A stretch of DNA of 64,000 nt from assembly GCA_005222965.1 (NCBI GenBank), contig NJBG01000001.1:675533-739532 (forward strand), read 5' to 3'. Position 1 is the stretch's first letter; each line of letters starts with the position of its first letter. The position numbers and the translations under genes are program-made. Shown piece by piece: positions 60,867-64,000 of this stretch. The DNA comes from Candidatus Woesearchaeota archaeon B3_Woes. Its GTDB lineage: Archaea; Nanobdellota; Nanobdellia; Woesearchaeales; B3-WOES. The notes beneath the pieces are model-generated. The model had not been told where the DNA came from, did not search any database, and saw only the letters and a program-made list of their open reading frames with translations.

Positions 60867-61384
60867 GGTATCCTTTTCAAATGCTTAACTAAATAATTCG
60901 AAGAATCTATATGTTCTTCAGTTTTTTCATCAAGATTAACAGGTTCTGCTTTTTTCTCTTCAAAATAACCTACTGTTTTACTTTGGTCTTTTATCTTCAA
61001 TTCTATAGTGGACATATCCTCTTCTGTTAACTGTTTTGGCTGCCACTCTAACTTTATTTTATCATCAGGCATCCTTGGTATTACATTAATCAAAAAATGA
61101 TTATGTTTTTGTCCTGCTGCAACACCATTTTCAACAAATATATTTGTTCCCTGAACCTGCAAAACCTCAAATAGAGAAATAGAAATCTTATTAGCAATCC
61201 AGAATAAATGCCCAACCTCAAAATCAGGTATGTGTTCCATTATAGTATAGTGTTTTTTTGGTATAATCCAAACATGACCGTGAGAAACAGGCTCTGGACA
61301 TAAAACAGCCACAATATCATTATCTTCATAAATCTTTTTTGATTTTCCAGATTTAATTATATCACAAATTTGGCATTCACTCAT
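60863..61384 (-). CDS. HIT-family protein, degenerate triad
   Basis: CQIC, GHVWIIPKKH, AGQKHNHFLINVIPR. Confidence 0.85.
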   Translation of the reverse strand: MSECQICDIIKSGKSKKIYEDNDIVAVLCPEPVSHGHVWIIPKKHYTIMEHIPDFEVGHLFWIANKISISLFEVLQVQGTNIFVENGVAAGQKHNHFLINVIPRMPDDKIKLEWQPKQLTEEDMSTIELKIKDQSKTVGYFEEKKAEPVNLDEKTEEHIDSSNYLVKHLKRIP

Positions 61385-62079
61385 TTTCCACCTGTTACAA
61401 GATTGGCAATATCATCCAAACTTACGCTCTCTTTTTTGGCCTGCTTTTTGGTTTTCTTTGCTTTTGATTTAGAACTTTTCTTAGTTGTTTTTTTCTTAGG
61501 TTTATCCTCAAATTCAGCATCAACAACTTTTGGTTTTTCAACTTCTACTACTTCCTCTTCAGTTTCAATACCAAACTCTTGATTTAATTTAGCAACTAAT
61601 AATCTCCTCAACTCTTCAAGAGCCTCTTCACTACTTTTTTTACCTTTAATATCTAACACAAGACCATCTTTTTCCATCCTTGGAATTATATGAATCATAA
61701 AATGCTGAGCCTTTTGTCCTGCAGCCATACCATTAGCAACAAATATATTTATTCCCTGAGCTTTTAGAGCTTTTAACAAAATAGAAGAAAGCTGTTTTGA
61801 AATCATAAACATGTGTTTAATAATATCCTCAGGAATCAAAGGCATTATAGCATAATGTTCTTTTGGTAACAATAATATATGACCTGGATTAGATGGATTA
61901 ATATCAAGTATTGCTAAACACTTCTCATCATCATAAATCTTTTTAGAATTAACTTTTCCTTCAACAATATGACAAAATACACAATTCTTAGCCTGGAATT
62001 CTTTTAATTCTTCAGGACTCATATTCTTAATTTTTTCCTGCATCTCTTTTGCTTCTTCTTCAGACGGCATATTAACCAT
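61381..62079 (-). CDS. HIT-family protein, degenerate triad, charged tail
   Basis: CVFC, LDINP..PGH..PKEH, AGQKAQHFMIHIIPR. Confidence 0.88.
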   Translation of the reverse strand: MVNMPSEEEAKEMQEKIKNMSPEELKEFQAKNCVFCHIVEGKVNSKKIYDDEKCLAILDINPSNPGHILLLPKEHYAIMPLIPEDIIKHMFMISKQLSSILLKALKAQGINIFVANGMAAGQKAQHFMIHIIPRMEKDGLVLDIKGKKSSEEALEELRRLLVAKLNQEFGIETEEEVVEVEKPKVVDAEFEDKPKKKTTKKSSKSKAKKTKKQAKKESVSLDDIANLVTGGK

Positions 62080-62287
62080 AAATTCGTGTATTTATTTAAA
62101 TCTTTTCAAAAATCACAATATTTATAAACAATTAACCCAATATAAAAAGCATGGCAGAAGACATAAGAAAAATAAAATCCTGTCCAGAGTGTGGAAGCAC
62201 AAACATTGCATACAAAGAGAATGAAAATCAGATAATATGCAAAGATTGTGGATTAATATACGAACCCTTGGCAGAAAAAACCAAAAA

Positions 62288-62764
62288 ATGAAAAAATATA
62301 TTGCTCTAATTTTAATCATAGCGTTGCTTATTTTAGTTGGATGTAAAAAATCAACCATTACACCAACAGGTACTGTAACACTTGATCCACTAGAAGAAGA
62401 AATTATAGAAGAAGTTGAACCAGAAGAAACAACTATAGAAGAAAATACAACAGAAACAGAACCAAAAGCAACAATACCAGAAGGAACACACATTGTTGCA
62501 ATGCAAATGGCTGGAACAAGCATGGTTTTCTTCCCAAAACAACTAACAATTTCTGTAGGGGATACAATAAGATGGGAAAACAGATTAGATTATCTTAACA
62601 AAACAGCAGAACTAACTGTTTACTCTTATCAAAGTTTATTTAGAGGATCTAAATTAAAGTATGGTGAATATTTTGAACATACTTTCAGAGAAAAAGGAAC
62701 ATTTAGGTATAATGCATTACCATACATAAAAATATTTAAACCTGGAGAAATAATTGTTAGATAG
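62288..62764 (+). CDS. lipoprotein with cupredoxin-like fold
   Basis: LVGC lipobox; FFPKQLTISVGDTIRWEN, HTF..GTFRY. Confidence 0.7.
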   Translation: MKKYIALILIIALLILVGCKKSTITPTGTVTLDPLEEEIIEEVEPEETTIEENTTETEPKATIPEGTHIVAMQMAGTSMVFFPKQLTISVGDTIRWENRLDYLNKTAELTVYSYQSLFRGSKLKYGEYFEHTFREKGTFRYNALPYIKIFKPGEIIVR

Positions 62765-62766
62765 AG

Positions 62767-62976
62767 GTGATATTAATGAAAAAATATAAAAAATCAACAA
62801 AGAAAAAAACATATAGAAAACCTATTATGAAACAACAAGACAAAAAAACAGTAGGATCTTCTTTAAAGTATATTACATTAATATTCTTATTAGCAGGATT
62901 CTTATTTGAAAACAGACCCCTGATGGGAGTAGGATTAATTGTTTTAGTAGTTTTCTTTATGATGGAAAAACACTAA
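62767..62976 (+). CDS. small membrane protein
   Basis: Two TMs, basic N-terminus. Confidence 0.5.
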   Translation: MILMKKYKKSTKKKTYRKPIMKQQDKKTVGSSLKYITLIFLLAGFLFENRPLMGVGLIVLVVFFMMEKH

Positions 62977-62979
62977 AAT

Positions 62980-63138
62980 TTATTTTTTTAATTTTGGTAT
63001 TCCTTTGTAAGCAGCTAGGCCAACTAAGATCAATACCATCCAGAAAATCATAATATCTATTTTTCCTAAAACCATTAGAATCAGATTTAAAACAACAATT
63101 ATAACAAAGAATATCGACAGAATCTTAATTGATTTCAT
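62980..63138 (-). CDS. small two-TM membrane protein (52 aa, not in ORF track)
   Basis: MKSIKILSIFFVIIVVLNLILMVLGKIDIMIFWMVLILVGLAAYKGIPKLKK. Confidence 0.55.
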   Translation of the reverse strand: MKSIKILSIFFVIIVVLNLILMVLGKIDIMIFWMVLILVGLAAYKGIPKLKK

Positions 63139-63177
63139 TTATTTAAAAAAGAAAATAAAAAAATAAAAAGGTAAAGC

Positions 63178-63480
63178 TTATCGCTTTTTCTTCTTTTTAG
63201 CAGCCTTTTTCTTCTTAACAACTTTTTTCTTAACTGCCTTCTTTTTCTTTCTCTTTCCGCCTCTCACCATTTTTGCGCAAGAGATATCTCCTTGTTTATC
63301 AATGAAATACAAGAATCCAGATTCTTTTTTAACACCAACTTTTGCTACAACTTGGATTTTTGCTTTTCCTTTTTTCTTCCCTCTTGCCATTTTGGCTCTA
63401 GCTACGTTTCCTTTTTTATCAACAAAATATAGGTAGCCAGATTCTTTTTTAACACCAACCTTTTTTACTTTTTGTGCCAT
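63178..63480 (-). CDS. small very basic tandem-repeat protein, candidate chromatin protein
   Basis: Two copies of KVGVKKESG(Y/F)LYF(V/I)DKxG..AKMxRG plus a K/A/V tail. Confidence 0.7.
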   Translation of the reverse strand: MAQKVKKVGVKKESGYLYFVDKKGNVARAKMARGKKKGKAKIQVVAKVGVKKESGFLYFIDKQGDISCAKMVRGGKRKKKKAVKKKVVKKKKAAKKKKKR

Positions 63481-63600
63481 TTTTTAAACCTCTCTATTTT
63501 TTTAAGACAAAAATTGTCCTATGTCGTCTAAACATAAACTAGTATTTAAAGGTTTCTATTTTTTATCGTCGGAAAAATGATTACTTCTCTGTGACAAAAA

Positions 63601-64000
63601 TCAAATAATAACAAAAACTCTGTCATTCTCCCTCACAACCATCTCAAGCTTTACACCAACAAATCCTTTTTTGATTCCATTTACCCTTTTATGATCTTTT
63701 TGCATTGACTTAATACTTTGCTCAACAACTCCTGTTTTATTCCCCTGAATCATTATATGATCTCCTATTTTTACACCATGAGATTCTATCTTAATTTCAG
63801 CTACCTTAACATTTTTATAAAAATTCTTCACAACCCCTACATAAATCTTCTTTTTTGTTGCTTTACTTCCATAAGTTTTAGACCATTCGTCTATTGGTTT
63901 GCCCATATAAAAACCAGAAGAAAAACCCCTATTGTAAACTGTCTTTAATTTTTCTAATAATTTTTTCTTATCTGCTTTAGGATTATCAATAGCCTCTCTA
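63601..64000 (-). CDS. U32-family peptidase-like protein, C-terminal part (starts beyond window)
   Basis: Frame continues upstream of the track ORF: VYNRGFSSGFYMGKP, then beta-barrel (KIGD..QGNKTG). Confidence 0.75.
   Translation of the reverse strand, partial: REAIDNPKADKKKLLEKLKTVYNRGFSSGFYMGKPIDEWSKTYGSKATKKKIYVGVVKNFYKNVKVAEIKIESHGVKIGDHIMIQGNKTGVVEQSIKSMQKDHKRVNGIKKGFVGVKLEMVVRENDRVFVII

Noticed and set aside
1..64000. CRISPR array, cas genes, rRNA, integrase or transposase
   Set aside because: No regularly spaced repeats, rRNA-like tract or recognisable recombinase/transposase ORF seen

Overview
AT-rich archaeal chromosomal segment in standard code. The gene set points to a DPANN lineage, most likely Woesearchaeota-like; this is an inference from the archaeal ribosomal proteins, histone, EF-2, Elp3, LonB, SecDF and an [FeFe]-hydrogenase. 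Housekeeping content: the rpl7ae-rps28e-rpl24e-ndk-EF2 run, the rps13-rps4-rps11-rpoD-tRNA-Leu-rpl18e-rpl13-rps9-rpoN operon, rpoE'-spt4-rps24e-rps27ae, pyrG, pyrH, pyrE, pyrF, a pyrD-pyrK fusion, gdhA and an ABC exporter operon. There are seven tRNAs, three with bulge-helix-bulge introns at positions 53/54, 37/38 and 59/60. The most striking feature is a 3.6-kb cassette (12055-15680) carrying one 1083-aa nuclease-fold/TPR gene. It is bounded by segmented inverted repeats (three perfectly complementary blocks) interleaved with cGNAg mini-hairpins that all lie on the bottom strand, and it has no mobilising enzyme: a candidate undescribed ssDNA-folding cassette system. Other oddities: a Fic gene between 58-bp direct repeats that duplicate the 5' end of an ArmA/RmtB-like methyltransferase; a free-standing LAGLIDADG gene beside the intron-bearing tRNA-Asn; an N-terminally truncated or split Hel308; a trimeric NAD-linked [FeFe]-hydrogenase; structured leaders on ribosomal operons; and several apparent pseudo-enzymes. 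All protein calls come from motif recognition by eye; no database searches were run.
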